Positions 24,435-41,047 of a stretch of DNA of 64,000 nt are shown here, in pieces. This stretch comes from the human T2T-CHM13v2.0 reference genome, Homo sapiens. A program made the translations under genes and the position numbers. The stretch is from the NCBI RefSeq assembly GCF_009914755.1, contig NC_060943.1; one strand, given 5' to 3'. Every line of letters starts with the position of its first letter. Positions within the stretch are counted from its first letter, which is position 1. Below the pieces are notes generated by a model that made no database searches, was not told the DNA's origin, and worked only from the letters and a program-made list of their open reading frames with translations.

Positions 24435-25479
24435 TGATCTACTTGCCTTGGCCTCCCAACATGCTGGGATTACAGACGTGAGCCACTGTGCCTGGCTGCT
24501 TTTGTTTTTAAGAGGTTTGTGTTTTTCTGATTTGATCTTGTTTATAGCTGGAGACTGGCTAAAACTTTATCCCTGTCCTGGTGTGGCTCTGGGGGATTTC
24601 TTGGAGGATATTTAAAATGTGCCTTTCAAGGGATATTTCTTCATTCTGTTGGAGGGCCTGATGCCTAGATGTTATACCCATGACCAGGTGTCCCTCTCAC
24701 AGCACACTTGTTTATACTTGCTCTGTACAAGCAGGCACCTTGTAGATCTTGTCTGACCATTGTCAGTTTAATCCTAGACTAGAGTAGCCACTAATCCGGT
24801 ATCTATTAGTGGCTAATAAACACTACCACTCTGTTCCTACCAAGAGAGCCCCGATTATGATAGTAGTTAGGTTCAAATAGTAGTCAGGTGTGTCAGTTAG
24901 GCAATTAGGTGAGACTCGGAGGAGACAATTCAACAAACACAGGAAATAACAGAAGGAGTTTATTACTTATAAATCCCAGAGGCCGGCTGTGGTGGCTCAC
25001 GCCTGTAATCCCAGTACTGTGGGAGGCTGAGGCAGGCGGATCACGAGGTCAGGAGATCGAGACCATCCTGGCCAACATGGCGAAACCCTGTCTCTACTAA
25101 AAATACAAAAATGAGCTGGGTGTGATGGTGCGTGCCTGTAATCCCTGCTACTCGGGAGGCTGAGGCCAGAGAATCACTTTAACCAGGGAGTCGGAGGTTG
25201 CAGTGAGCCGAGATTGCGTCACTGCACTCCAGCCTGGCGACAGAGCCAGACTCCATCTCAAAAAAAAACAAAAAAATTCCCGGAGAGAGGAGAGTAGCAT
25301 GTCTTGTAGGCCAGCAGGTAGGTGGAACTATTTGTGACACATACCCTCAGCCTGTCAGTGGGGAGCAAGGGAAAGAGAGGGAATTGTGGGCCAAATCCTT
25401 TATTGGGGTCCAAGGTGTTACCTAACCCAATTTCTCTTCAGGAGGTTTTAGTTGGTGTGTTTAGAAGAAGGAAGCACAG

Positions 25480-26560
<1,081 letters not shown>

Positions 26561-28594
26561 TAGATGATATGCAGAGGGTTGAATATTCTCTTGTAGATAA
26601 CCATTTGTCCCTGTCCCTGTGTCGAAGTATCTGTAATCTCTATCCCTGCCTGACAGTGCCTGCTCTGTCACAGGTTCTTGGGCCTTAAATAGATGCTCTT
26701 GTTTCAGATTTTGCTATTTTTCATTGGTCTGTCTGTCTCTCTGGTAATACCATACTCTCCTGATTACTACAGATTTCAAATCCTCGATGTATGTTAGAGA
26801 AAGAACCTCCCTATCTTAGTCATTTTTGCCTGCTGTAATAAATAACCACAGACTGGATGCCTGAAACAACAAGCATTAATTTCTTTCTTTCTTTTTTTTT
26901 TTGAGACGGAGTCTCGCTCTGTTGCCCAGGCTGGAGTGCAGTGGCACCATCTCGGCTCACTGCAAGCTCTGCCTCCCAGGTCCACGCCATTCTCCTGCCT
27001 GAGCCTCCCGAGTAGCTGGGACCACAGGCGCCCACCAACACACCCAGCTAATTTTTTGTATTTTTACTAGAGACAGGGTTTCACCATGTTAGTCAGGATG
27101 GCTTTCTTTTTTTTTTTTTTTTTTGAGACGGAATCTTGCTCTGTTGCCCAGGCTGGAGTACAATGGTGTGATCTCAGCTCACTGCACCCTCTGCCTCCCG
27201 GTTCAAGCTGTTCTCCTGCCTCAGCCTCCCGAGTAGCTGGGACTACAGGCGTGTGCCACCACGCCCAGCTAATTTTTTGTATTTTTAATAGAGACAGTGT
27301 TTCGCCATATTGACTAGCTCCAAGACAGAAAGGCAGAGTAGATTAGAGTGTATTTTTGGTTTCTATGGTCTGCCTTGCAGAGAAAAAAGAGCAAGTGAAA
27401 GGAGGTCAGTTGAAGGGCAGAGAGAAAGATTCTGTTTTCTTTCGATTTTTTTTTTTTGGGGGGGACAGAGTCTTGCTTTGTCACCCAGGCTGGAGTGCAG
27501 TGATGCTATCTTGGCTCACCGCAACCTCCACCTCCTGGGCTGAAACGATTCTCCTGCCTCAGCTTCCTGAGTAGCTGGGATTACAGGCCTGCATCACCAC
27601 ACCTGGCTAATTTTTGTATTTTTAGTAGAGACAGGGTTTTGCCATGTTGGCCAGGCTCGTCTCAAACTCCTGACCTCAGGTGATCTGCCTGCCTCAGCCT
27701 CCCAAAGTGCTGGGATTACAGGTGTGAGCCACCACACCCGGCCTTATACTTTACTTTTTAGAGTAGTTTTAGGTTCACAGCAAAATTGCACACATAGTAC
27801 AGAGTTCCCTTATGCCCCCTATTCCCACTCAGTCACAACCCGTCCAGCTATCAACATTCTGCACCAAAGTTGTACATTTGTTACAATTGAACCTATTTTG
27901 AGACATTATTGTCATCCAAAGTCTAGCCTACATTAGAATTTATTCTTGCAGTTGTACATTCTGTGAGTTTTGACAACTATACAGTGACATTTCTGTTATG
28001 GTGTAATACAGAGTAGTTTGATTGTCCTAAAAACCCTCTCATCCACCTATTTATCCCTCTCCCCCTGACTTCTGGCAGCCACTGATTTTTGTACTGTTCT
28101 ATGATTATGTCTTTTCTGCAGTGTTACATAGTTTGAATCATACAGTATGTAGTCTTTTCAAAGTTGTTTCTTCCACTTAGTAATAAGCATTTGCGGGCAT
28201 GTGATCATGAAATTTTTTTTAAAAAGTAATACGCATTTAAGGTTCTTCCACTACCTTTTAGCTCATTTATTTTTAGTACCTCCATTGTCTGGAGGTAGCT
28301 GTTATGTATCCATTTGTCTACTGTAAGGCATCTCAGTTGCTTCCAAATTTTGAAAATTATGAATAACGCTGCTATAAACATCTGTGTACAATTGTTTGCC
28401 TGGACCTAAATTTTCAGCTCATTTGGATAAACCTACCTTTGGTCTGGAGGTTAAGAGACACCCCTGTGCCACATGGGATGGGTTGTAAAGAATTCACTCT
28501 GAAAATCAAGTGAATGTGGGCCTATGATGAGGTTTGTGTAAAACCCCTGTGTGTGTATGATCTCCTGATTCAATGAGTACTTTTTTTTTTTTGA

Positions 28595-28888
<294 letters not shown>

Positions 28889-29582
28889 TAATCTCCTTTT
28901 TTGTAACAGATCTCCTAGTGGGTGCTGCGTTAAACAGAGCTGAACAAATAACCCTATCTGCCTGAAGCAGGGTGGGAGACAAGAAACAAGATATAAGTAG
29001 AATATGCAGTGTGTCAGATGGTGCTTAGTCCTAAGGAGAGAGAGAAAGCTGGGGAGGAGTGGAGAGGCCTGGGCTGTGTTTGTCTCTGCAAGCACCTGTT
29101 TATGTCTCTGAGGTGTTATCTCTGAGGGTTTGTGTGTCTACCTGGGTATGGCCACCTATATGTGCAGTGACAAAGTGTGAGTGATTTTGTATGTCTGATG
29201 GGGAGACAGAGGCTGTGTTTGTATGCCCTTTAAAATCTGGAATGCTTTTATTTCATTTTCTTGCCTGATTGCCCTGGTAGCATCTTTTAGCATGTTAAAT
29301 AGCTGTGTCAAAAACAGACATCCTTGTCTTGTATTTGATCTTAGGGGGAAACATTCAGTGTCACCATCAGTATGATGTTATAGTGGGGTTTTCATGGATA
29401 CCTTATTTCAGGTTAAGGAAGTTCCCTTCCATTTCCAGTTTACTGAATGTCTTCATGGTGGAAGAGGTATTGAAAGGATATTGACCCTTGTCAAATGTTT
29501 TTGATACTGATTCTATTAATATTGTGATTTTCAAATGTGAAAACAGTGTTGCTTTTCTGGGCTACGTCCCACTTAAGTATAG

Positions 29583-29816
<234 letters not shown>

Positions 29817-31020
29817 TGAACTCCTGACCTCGTGATCCACCTGTCTTGGCCTCCCAAAATGCTGGGATTACAGGCATGAACCACCGCACCCAGACTTTTG
29901 AAAAATCTTTTTGGTAACAGTCATTCTCGCAGGTGTGATGTCTCATTGAGGTTTTAGTTTGCATTTCCCTAATGATTTGAGATGTTAAACATTTTTTCAT
30001 GAATGTCTTTGTCATTTATATTTGCTCTTTTCAGAAATGTCTGTTTAGATCCTTTGCCCATTTGAAAAATTGGAGGCCAGGCCCAGTGGCTCATGCCTAT
30101 AATCTCAGCACTTTGGGAGTCTGAGGCAGGTGGATTGCCAGATCTCGGGAGTCTGAGACCAGCCTAGGCAACATGGCAAAACCTCATCTCTACCAAATAT
30201 ACAAAAAATTAGCTGAGCATTGTGGCATGTACCTGTGGTCCCAGCTACTCCCAGCTGAGGTGGGAGGATGGCTTGAGCCTGGGAGGCAGAGGTTGCAGTG
30301 AGCCAAGATTGTGCCACTGCACTCCAATGTGGGTGTCAGAGTGAGACTCAATCTCAAAAATAAATAAATAATAAAAGTTTTAAATTGGATTGTTTTCTTG
30401 CTATTGAGCTGTTTGAATTCTTTATATATTTTGGATTTTAACACCTTATCAGATATATGGTTTGCAAGTATTTTCTCCCACTCCGTGTGTTGCCTGCCTT
30501 TCCACTCTGTTAATTGTTTCCTTTGCTGTGCTAAAAAGCTTTTTAGTTTGACATCCACATCCACAATGGTGCTGTCAAAAACAGCTACATGGGAACTTGT
30601 TTATGTACTCTTTCTGCAGTGTCTGGTTTCACCCAGAACTCTTTTGTGAGATTAAGCACCTTCCTCATATCAGGAAGATTGTGGGTCTTTCCTATTATTC
30701 ACAGCTGAATCCCTGAGTTAGGTTTGATTGTATGTGATCAAACATAGTATGTATTATTTCCTCAAGCAACATTTTTGGACATGTTTCTTAGAAATAGTTT
30801 ACTAACTGGTTTCGAACAGCATGTATGCTAACAAATGTTAATGTCTTTTTCATTTGCTGCTAAGTTATATAAAAAATTCCATTGCAATCATGGATCAGAT
30901 CAACTTTATAATAAACTTTATAATTTTGTGGCGTTATTTGTTAAATATTGTGAATCAGGCGGGGAGGGGTGGCTCACGCCTGTAATCCCAGTACTTTGGG
31001 AGGCTGAGGTGGGTGGATCA

Positions 31021-31308
<288 letters not shown>

Positions 31309-32103
31309 TTAGGTGTGTTTTTTTCACATAAATTTTCATTTTCATGCTCATGTAGTCACAGTTTTTATCACAAGAATTATTTCTCATTCACTTATGATAC
31401 CAAAAGTTAAATCAAGCTTTTAACCTTTTTCCAAAGATTATCAGGACCATAGCTCCTGTCAAAGAAGGTATAAAAAAAAGTCATCATAAATATGATAGTA
31501 AACCATACGTGACTGTGTGGTGTATCAATAGGAGAGCGCTCAAAAGAATTTCTTTTTTTTTTTTTCTTTTTTTTTTGAGATGGAGTCTCACTCTGTCGGC
31601 CAGGCTGGAGTGCAAGTGGCACAGTCTGGGCTTACTGCAACCTCTGCCTTCCAGGTTCAAGCTATTCTCCTGCCTCACCCTCCTGAGTAGCTGGGATTAC
31701 AGGCACAGGTCACCATGCCTGGTTAATTTTTGTATTTTTTATAGAGACGGGGTTCCTCCATGTTGGCCAGGGTGGTCTCGATCTCCTGACCTCAGGTGGT
31801 CTGCCAGCCTCGGCCTCCCAAAGTGCTGGGATTACAGGCGTGAGCCACCACACCCAGCCCAAAAGAATTTCTTCTAGGACGTGTGCTTGCTTCAGGTGTA
31901 TTGATTGCTATTCAAAGCAAGAAGCTTCTCTGGATTGTATACTATGAAGAAGCAAGGTTATTTCTGGCCTTGGTTATTATGATAGTTCTTACCCAGAAGT
32001 AAAAAAGATGGAGTGGCGCTAAGTTTATTACCTAAACACTGAAATATTTCTTATGATGAATTAGACATGGCTTCCCATAAGATACCTCAGTTGAAATATA
32101 TAA

Positions 32104-32351
<248 letters not shown>

Positions 32352-33169
32352 TGATCTGCCTGCCTCGGTCTCCCAAAGTGCTGGGATTACAGGCGTGAGC
32401 CACCGCCCCCGGCCAACTACTGATAATTTTTAAAAGTCTCCCTTATTAGTCAAATTAGGCTAATGCCTCTAGGAAAGTTGTCAGAATATAAACCTAGCAA
32501 GGGACAGAGACATGATCACTATTCTAATCAAGCCTCTCTTGCTCAGATAATATGCTCTTGATGCTAATTTTTCAATATGCCTCATATGCCAGAACTGTAG
32601 ACTCAGAACATCCAGAATTAAGCACAAATGATGCAGGCACTGAAGGCTCTGATATGGGAACACAAAGTGAATAAATTCTTGAAATCCTGGTGCTTATATT
32701 TTTGTGAGAAAGGAGAGGGGTTGAAAAAATGGTAAGACTGGTTTATAAGAAGGAAATAAGCACTTTGAAGGAAAGTAAATGATGGTGTGAGATAATACGG
32801 AAGCTGAGGGTGTGTGTATATGTTCTCTGTGGAGGGTGGCAACATCAGTGAGTGAAGAAATGTCACCATCGGTCATTTATATTTCCACCTCTTATACATC
32901 TTCAGCACCATTTCAGGAACTGCTTAAGTGTGGATGTAGATAGTGCATAGCAATATAGACAGTCCTGCCTTTTTGAGGTTAACAATAATGATTCCCCGTA
33001 AAGATATAGGTATGGCTTATTGTCATTTTTGCATTGGTTAAAAATTTTAATGCATGTAATATGTGATGCTGACTTTGGACATGGGTATCTGGAACCTGGA
33101 GGAAGGCACACCACTGCATACGGTGTGTGCTAGAACCACGTTGGATCCCTGTTGAAACATCTTAAGTGT

Positions 33170-33660
33170 TCTGCCCCTTAAGCCACAGGGGCGGAGCCTG
33201 AAGTTATATCCAGTTAGGGGTGCCAGGATGGCATCCTACTTATTGTCCAATCAGGCGCGCCTCAGAGCCCTGTCTGCCCCCAACCTCACCCCACCCTGTA
33301 CGATCTTGTGGTGAATTTTCTTTTCTTGAGCTGGCTGCATTACCTTTCTTCTGGCTCCTGGCTCCACTGCCCTGGCTCTGTGCTCTGTGCTGGCCGTGGT
33401 AGCCGGAGGGAGGACCCAGGAGACCCCGAAGATGGGAAATGGCGAGTGTGGGAAATGGCAAGTGTGCAGGGGCCTGGGGTCCGACATGGCTGGAGGGGCC
33501 CAGGCCTCCTCGCCATCAGCATCCGATTCTGTTTCATCTGAGTTGCTCAAATGTGTGGGAAGCAGGGTATCAAATCCACCCCCGGCCTAACTCTCCTTGA
33601 TCTGGCAGCAAACTGCTAAATTGTAGGTATAATTTCTGCAGTCCCCAACACCAGCTTCTG
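33170..33660 (+). promoter_or_regulatory. Decayed ZNF promoter / first-exon cassette inside ZNF136 intron 1
   Basis: ggggcggagc GC box, tgtccaatcaggcgcgc, then GGAAATG|GCGAGT and GGAAATG|GCAAGT (33439, 33455). Followed by intron-1 homology to ~36200. Confidence 0.7.
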
Positions 33661-33848
33661 TTCTCGGATGCACAGTGTTATCAACTATTTGGTTTTTTTG
33701 TTTTGTTTTGTTTTTGCATTTGTTTTTGTTTTTTTTTTTTTGGTGGAGTCTCATTCTGTCGCCGAGGCTGGAATGCAGTGGCGCAATCTCCACTCACTGC
33801 AATGTCCGCCTCCTGGATTCAAGCGATTTTCCTGCCTCAGCCTCCTGA

Positions 33849-34447
<599 letters not shown>

Positions 34448-35559
34448 TAAGCAGAGAATAACCACCTGAAACTCCATTGTGAAAAAGCTTTGTGTCTCTC
34501 TTTTATCTTCTCTAAGTGCAAACCCTTATCAGAATGCCTTTGCATTGAGGTTCCCCTTTGGAAACTTTGCAGGGTTGATTGCCCTCAGCCTGTCCTCTCT
34601 TTTCCTGGTCCTGGGGTTCAGAACTGACTGGGGCTGCCCCAAGAAGCCCATAGCTTCCATGTCTCTTGGAGGGTCTAGTGAGTATCAGCTCATGTGGCCC
34701 CTCAGGGGAGCCCCTGGATGCCTTGGACCTAGAAGCAGTGACATGGTTTACTCTTCCTCTGAAAAGCTCACCTCTTGGGACACTCAGCTTGTTTTTCTCT
34801 AGCCCCAGTTTTCATTCTTTGGAGACATGTTAGTGGTCAGCTAATTGGATGGCAGTATTGAGGGGAAAGACAGAAAATGATTCTTGCCCTCTGGATTCTC
34901 TCAGAGTACTTGAAGGGAGAAAAATGATCCCAAAAGACAAGGAAAACCCACCTCTGCCAGGTTATGCAAGAACTTGAAAAGCAAAATGCACTTAGGCATG
35001 GGGGTGGGGGCACAGTCCACTGTCTCTGGGAAGGGTCGGTGAGCAGCACTTTAGTGACAGGATGGGGGTTGGGGGGATGTCCCATGTGATAGGATGACCT
35101 GACTGGGCAGTTAAGTCAGATTTCTCTGTGTTCCAGGTTAGAGTGGCCTTCCCTGATTTTGTCACCTTAAGAAGATTTGTTTACTTACTTCATCATGTAA
35201 AATGTATTTTACCATTAAAGCTTGAAAGATAGGCTAAAATATTTCCAAAGAGATGAGAGGTGTATCTCAGAAAAATAAATATCTACCCTTATATTTGTTA
35301 AAAATTTGTATTTAATTTTTCCCCCCAGAACATATATGCAGTAAGTTTCTCAGGTCTGTTCTTTTTTGTGATTTTGTTGTTGTTGTTGTTGTTTTGTTTT
35401 TTTTTGGTTTGTTTGTTTGAGACACAGTCTGGCTCCAGGCTGGAGTTCAGTGGCACAATCACGTCTCACTGCAACCTCCACCTCCCCGGTTCAAGCAATC
35501 CTCCCACCTCAGCCTCCTGAGCAGCTAGAACCATAGGTGCAGGCTACACGACTGGCTAA

Positions 35560-35703
<144 letters not shown>

Positions 35704-35797
35704 TAGAATCCTAGAGTGTAGCCTTGAGAAGGCTACAGGGAGAAAAAGCTCAGAGAAATAGGGAGAATCACTCTTCATTATGGCTTCACATAACTGA

Positions 35798-35798
<1 letters not shown>

Positions 35799-35846
<48 letters not shown>
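35799..35846. repeat. (TCTA)n tetranucleotide STR, about 12 units
   Basis: Directly visible, adjoining an Alu tail. Confidence 0.95.
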
Positions 35847-35847
<1 letters not shown>

Positions 35848-36244
35848 GTTTATCTTGAGACAGGGTCTTCCTCTTTTGCCCAGGTTGGAGTGCATTGGCA
35901 CCCATCATAGCTTGCTGCATTCTCATACTCCTGGTCTCAAGCAGTCCTCTCACCTCAGCCTCCTGAGTAGCTGGGACTACAGGCGTGCACCACCACTGCT
36001 GGCTAATTTTTAAATTTTTCTGTAGAGATGGAGGTTCTCACTGTGTTGCCTAAACTGATGTTGAATTCCTGGGCTCAAACAATCCTTCTGCCTCAACCTC
36101 CCAATGTGATGGAATTACAGGTGTGAGCCAGTTCACCCGGCCACTGATACATTTTGATGAGAAAGTAGGTAGATAAATTGGTGAATTCACCAATTTATTT
36201 TCACCAATTTAGTGAAGATTCATCAAGCTGGGTGTGGTGGCTCA

Positions 36245-36535
<291 letters not shown>

Positions 36536-37157
36536 TCACGCCTGTAATCCCAGCACTTTGGGAGGCCGAGGTGGGCAGATCACGAGGTCAGGAGATTGAG
36601 ACCATCCTGGCTAACATGGTGAAACCCTGTCTGTACTAAAAAATACAAAAAATTAGTCAGGCGTGGTGGCAGGTGCCTGTAGTCCCAGCTACTCAGGAGG
36701 CTGAGGCAGGAGAATGGCATGAACCCGGGAAGCGGAGCTTGCAGTGAGCCGAGATCACGCCGCTCCAGCCTGGGCAACAGAGAGCCAGACTCCGTCTAAA
36801 AAAAAAAAAAAAAAGGTAAAAAATCCTTCATTAGTCTCATTTAGTACTTAATTATATTTGATCTGCAGGATAGGTACAAGCTTGCAAGTATTCTCTCTTA
36901 GTATAATAACAGAAGATGGGCTTAATTTTCCCAGTAACCAATTGTGAGAACACATGCGAAATGCTTCCTGGAGTGTTTCTGGGGGCTCATCAGGTGGGCA
37001 CTATGTGTTGCGCGTGTAACAAATTCCCAAACTCTCAGAAGGTGGGACGCCAGAAATTTTCATATTTTTTCCATAAAGAGTTTAGGCACCGAGCTACTCT
37101 TACATAGGTCATTGGGCTCCTTCCCCAAATCCGTTTCCCAGATACCAGGAATGGATG

Positions 37158-37633
37158 TGATGCAGGACAGGTGCGCCCTAAAATTGGGGCTTATCCCAGG
37201 ATGGTTTCCAGCTTTGCCCAGGGAAGAATTCAAGGGCAGGCCAGTGGTGTTAGATAACAGTGTTTTATTTAACAGTACTGGTCTTTGTGGATCAGTGCTA
37301 ACTCATAGGCAGTACACCCAGAGTCAGCAACATATGGTCTCTTGGCAACTATATTTATACCCACTTTCAATTATATGCAAATTAAGTGGTGGGTTATTTA
37401 AAACTTTCTAAGGAAGGAATGATAACTTTCAGGTCATTGCCATGGCATTTGTAAGCTGTCATAGCATTGGTGGGAGTGTTTTATGCTAATGAGCAGTGAG
37501 AGCATCTAGAGATCGCTGTTCTTGTCGTCTGCTGGTTTTGGCCCCTTTCTTTACTTTATCCTACCTGTGCCAGATCTTGTTTTGGCCAGTAGGGTTGTGA
37601 TCAGAATACAAGTCCTGTTGGTCTCCTACCTCA
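37158..37633 (-). mobile_element. ERV1-class solo LTR (MER61/MER83-like)
   Basis: Minus strand begins TGAGGTAGGAGACC and ends ...CCTGCATCA (TG...CA). 4-bp target duplication GATG at 37154-37157 and 37634-37637. Confidence 0.7.
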
Positions 37634-37962
37634 GATGAATGTTGTGAGGAGTGAGGAGCCTTTTTTTAAGGGTAAGCAGTCTCAGGACTGCTAATATAAA
37701 CTCTTTTGCATAGTAGGTGGTAGGACTTCGTTATGACAGGTTCTACAGGTCCACTGTATGAGCAGACATTAGCTGGGACTCAGGCAGCACGTATTACTCC
37801 TTGCAACCACCACCAAGAAAGATGATCAGACACTGCTATTGTTCTACCCGATAGTTCCATTCTAGTATGAGAGTTGCTGTGTGGAAGGAAGTGAGTATGA
37901 TGACCAAACAGTGGAGTAAATGTTTGCAGACCCCTGAAACATGTGAACTTCTTATGAATTGA

Positions 37963-38184
<222 letters not shown>

Positions 38185-38354
38185 TAAAGAAGAAGTGCTT
38201 CTTGTGCAGTGATGCTGTTCCATGGTTTGCATCATGGAGGGAGAGTACTTGGGGGGCTAAAACAGGCATAGTCACAGGGTATCATGAACCTAGAATCTAA
38301 TAATTTTTCTATAATTTTGCACTAATTCAGAATTTTTCTGGGTCTCTGTTTTAG

Positions 38355-38415
38355 GGAAAAAATGGAAGGACCAGAACATTAAAGATCACTACAAACACCG
38401 AGGGAGAAATCTAAG
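38355..38415 (+). CDS. ZNF136: ZNF136 exon 3 (short KRAB-B-position exon)
   Basis: tag|GG AAA AAA TGG... = GKKWKDQNIKDHYKHRGRNLR, 61 nt, ends AG|gtaatt. Confidence 0.95.
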
Positions 38416-38810
38416 GTAATTTGTACTCAGAGAAAGCAAATTCACTTGAAAGTACCTTAGCATGTCATGAAATTTTAAAAACAGGCAAACATAACTGATA
38501 AGCCAAGCTTCAAATTGATTTATTTTTTGAATATTTTCCCCAAATACATATTCTTCAGTGTAAACAGATGTTCAGTTTTTATAAAAATGTTCATTTGTCA
38601 ACAGAATTAAGAAACTATTTAAGAATATCACTGTTTGAGTGATAGTTGCGGTCAAGCCCATTGCAGAGCATTGAATTCATTCATGCTCAAACAAATCAGA
38701 CTTGGCATCGAGTCTACGCTTTACCTGATAATATTGAAAATGCAAGTTTAATAGCTATTAATATAAAATGATTAACAAATCCTTAGTAATGTCCGTCTCA
38801 TTTTTTACAG

Positions 38811-40242
38811 AAGTCATATGTTAGAAAGACTCTATCAAACTAAGGATGGTAGTCAGCGTGGAGGAATTTTTAGCCAGTTTGCAAATCAGAATCTGAGCAA
38901 GAAAATCCCTGGAGTGAAACTCTGTGAAAGCATTGTATATGGAGAAGTCAGCATGGGTCAGTCATCCCTTAATAGACACATCAAAGATCACAGTGGACAT
39001 GAACCAAAGGAATATCAGGAATATGGAGAGAAGCCAGATACACGTAACCAGTGTTGGAAACCCTTCAGTTCTCACCACTCCTTTCGAACACATGAGATAA
39101 TTCACACTGGAGAGAAACTCTATGATTGTAAGGAATGTGGAAAAACCTTCTTTTCTCTCAAAAGAATTAGAAGACACATCATCACACACAGTGGATATAC
39201 ACCATATAAATGTAAGGTGTGTGGGAAAGCTTTTGATTATCCCAGTAGATTTCGAACACATGAAAGAAGTCACACTGGAGAGAAACCCTATGAATGTCAG
39301 GAATGTGGAAAAGCCTTCACTTGTATCACAAGTGTTCGAAGACACATGATAAAGCACACTGGAGATGGACCTTATAAATGTAAGGTATGTGGGAAACCCT
39401 TTCATTCTCTGAGTTCATTTCAAGTGCATGAAAGAATTCACACTGGAGAAAAACCCTTTAAATGTAAGCAATGTGGTAAAGCCTTCAGTTGTTCCCCAAC
39501 CTTACGAATACATGAAAGAACCCATACTGGAGAGAAACCTTATGAATGCAAGCAGTGTGGGAAGGCCTTCAGTTATCTCCCCTCCCTTCGACTACATGAA
39601 AGAATTCACACTGGTGAGAAACCCTTCGTATGTAAACAATGTGGTAAAGCCTTTAGATCTGCCAGTACCTTTCAAATACATGAAAGGACTCACACTGGAG
39701 AAAAACCTTATGAATGTAAGGAATGTGGGGAAGCATTCAGTTGTATCCCAAGTATGCGAAGACACATGATAAAACATACTGGAGAAGGACCTTATAAATG
39801 TAAGGTATGTGGGAAACCCTTTCATTCTCTGAGTCCATTTCGAATACATGAAAGAACTCACACTGGAGAGAAACCTTATGTATGTAAACATTGTGGTAAA
39901 GCTTTCGTTTCTTCAACATCAATTCGAATACATGAAAGAACTCATACTGGAGAGAAACCCTATGAGTGTAAGCAATGTGGGAAAGCCTTCAGTTATCTCA
40001 ACTCCTTTCGAACACATGAAATGATTCACACTGGTGAGAAACCCTTTGAATGTAAGCGATGTGGTAAAGCCTTTAGATCTTCTAGTTCCTTTCGACTACA
40101 TGAAAGGACTCACACTGGACAGAAACCCTATCATTGCAAGGAATGTGGGAAAGCCTATTCTTGCCGTGCCAGCTTTCAGAGACACATGTTAACACATGCT
40201 GAAGATGGACCACCTTATAAATGCATGTGGGAAAGCCTTTAA
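38811..40242 (+). CDS. ZNF136: ZNF136 exon 4: linker plus 13 canonical C2H2 fingers (2 degenerate fingers upstream)
   Basis: tttttacag|AAGTCATATG in frame with ORF 38818-40242, TGEKP linkers, C-terminus ...[10 protein letters not shown]. The assembled 540-aa protein matches my recollection of ZNF136. Confidence 0.95.
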
Positions 40243-40790
40243 TGCTCTGGGTTCATGTCAGATACATTAAAATACTCACTGAAGAGAAGCCCTATGAATG
40301 TAAGTAACGTGGGAAAGCATGAAATTCTGTCAGTGCCTTTTTTAATACATGAAAGAATTCTAGAGAGAAGCCATATACATGTAAGTAACATGGGAAAGCT
40401 TTCAATCATTTTAGTTCCTTTCAAATACATGAAAGAACTCATCATGGAGAAAACCAAACAAATGCTTTTTGGAAAGGAACCCATATTTGAGAGAAACCCT
40501 GGGTAAAGGGTGTAGGAAAGGTTTTGTCATCACACAACCCTGTCACACATGAATGTGTAGTGGAGAGAACCTTGGTAAATGTAAAGAGTGTGGGAGAGCC
40601 TTTAGTCATTTTAGTTCCACTTGAAGCCATGAAAGAACACACAAAAGAGAAAGCTCTTGAATATAAGCAATGTCCACACGTTTTTAGCCAGCCCACATGC
40701 TTTCAACAACATGTAAGAATGTACCCTGGATCAAAACACTATAAATGTGAAAACTACAAGGAAGGTTTTCCATTATACTTTTAAAGTCAT
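40243..40790 (+). other. Degenerate zinc-finger relics in the ZNF136 3' UTR
   Basis: Repeated gagaagccctatgaatgtaag / catgaaagaa / tgtgggaaagc motifs with stops and frameshifts. Confidence 0.85.
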
Positions 40791-40801
40791 TTGAGGGCTC
40801 T

Positions 40802-40875
40802 GGCTCTGTGGCTTTGTGGGTTAAAGTACTTGTCTGGCAAACAGGAGATGCTGGATTTCAATCCCAGCAGGGCCT
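40802..40875 (+). pseudogene. tRNA-Thr-derived pseudogene (retroposed, decayed)
   Basis: 74 nt align ungapped to recalled human tRNA-Thr(AGT) GGCTCCGTGGCTTAGCTGGTTAAAGCGCCTGTCTAGTAAACAGGAGATCCTGGGTTCGAATCCCAGCGGGGCCT with about 14 mismatches. B-box and anticodon are mutated. Confidence 0.8.
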
Positions 40876-40916
40876 CACTAGTTGAGGTATTGAATTTGAA
40901 CAGATGTTTTGGCTCT

Positions 40917-41047
40917 GGCTGGGTGTGGTGGCTCACACCTGTAATCCCAGCACTTTGGGAGGCTGAGGCAGGAGGATCACTTGAGGTCAGGAGTTTGAGA
41001 CCAGTGTGCAAAACATAGCAAGACCTCATCTCAGAAAAAAAAAAAAA
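40917..41047 (+). mobile_element. Alu left monomer (FLAM-like) with poly(A)
   Basis: Monomeric Alu ending in an A-tail directly followed by the second target-duplication copy. Confidence 0.85.

Noticed and set aside
38962-39922. Antisense and shifted-frame ORFs over the finger arrays (also 60463-61568)
   Set aside because: Expected by-product of C2H2 codon periodicity.
39100-40200. 84-bp periodic repeats that superficially resemble a repeat-spacer array
   Set aside because: They are C2H2 finger coding repeats in eukaryotic DNA, not CRISPR.
40802-40875. Functional tRNA gene with GGC anticodon
   Set aside because: The B-box is decayed (GATTTCAATCC) and the stems are mismatched, so it is treated as a retroposed pseudogene.
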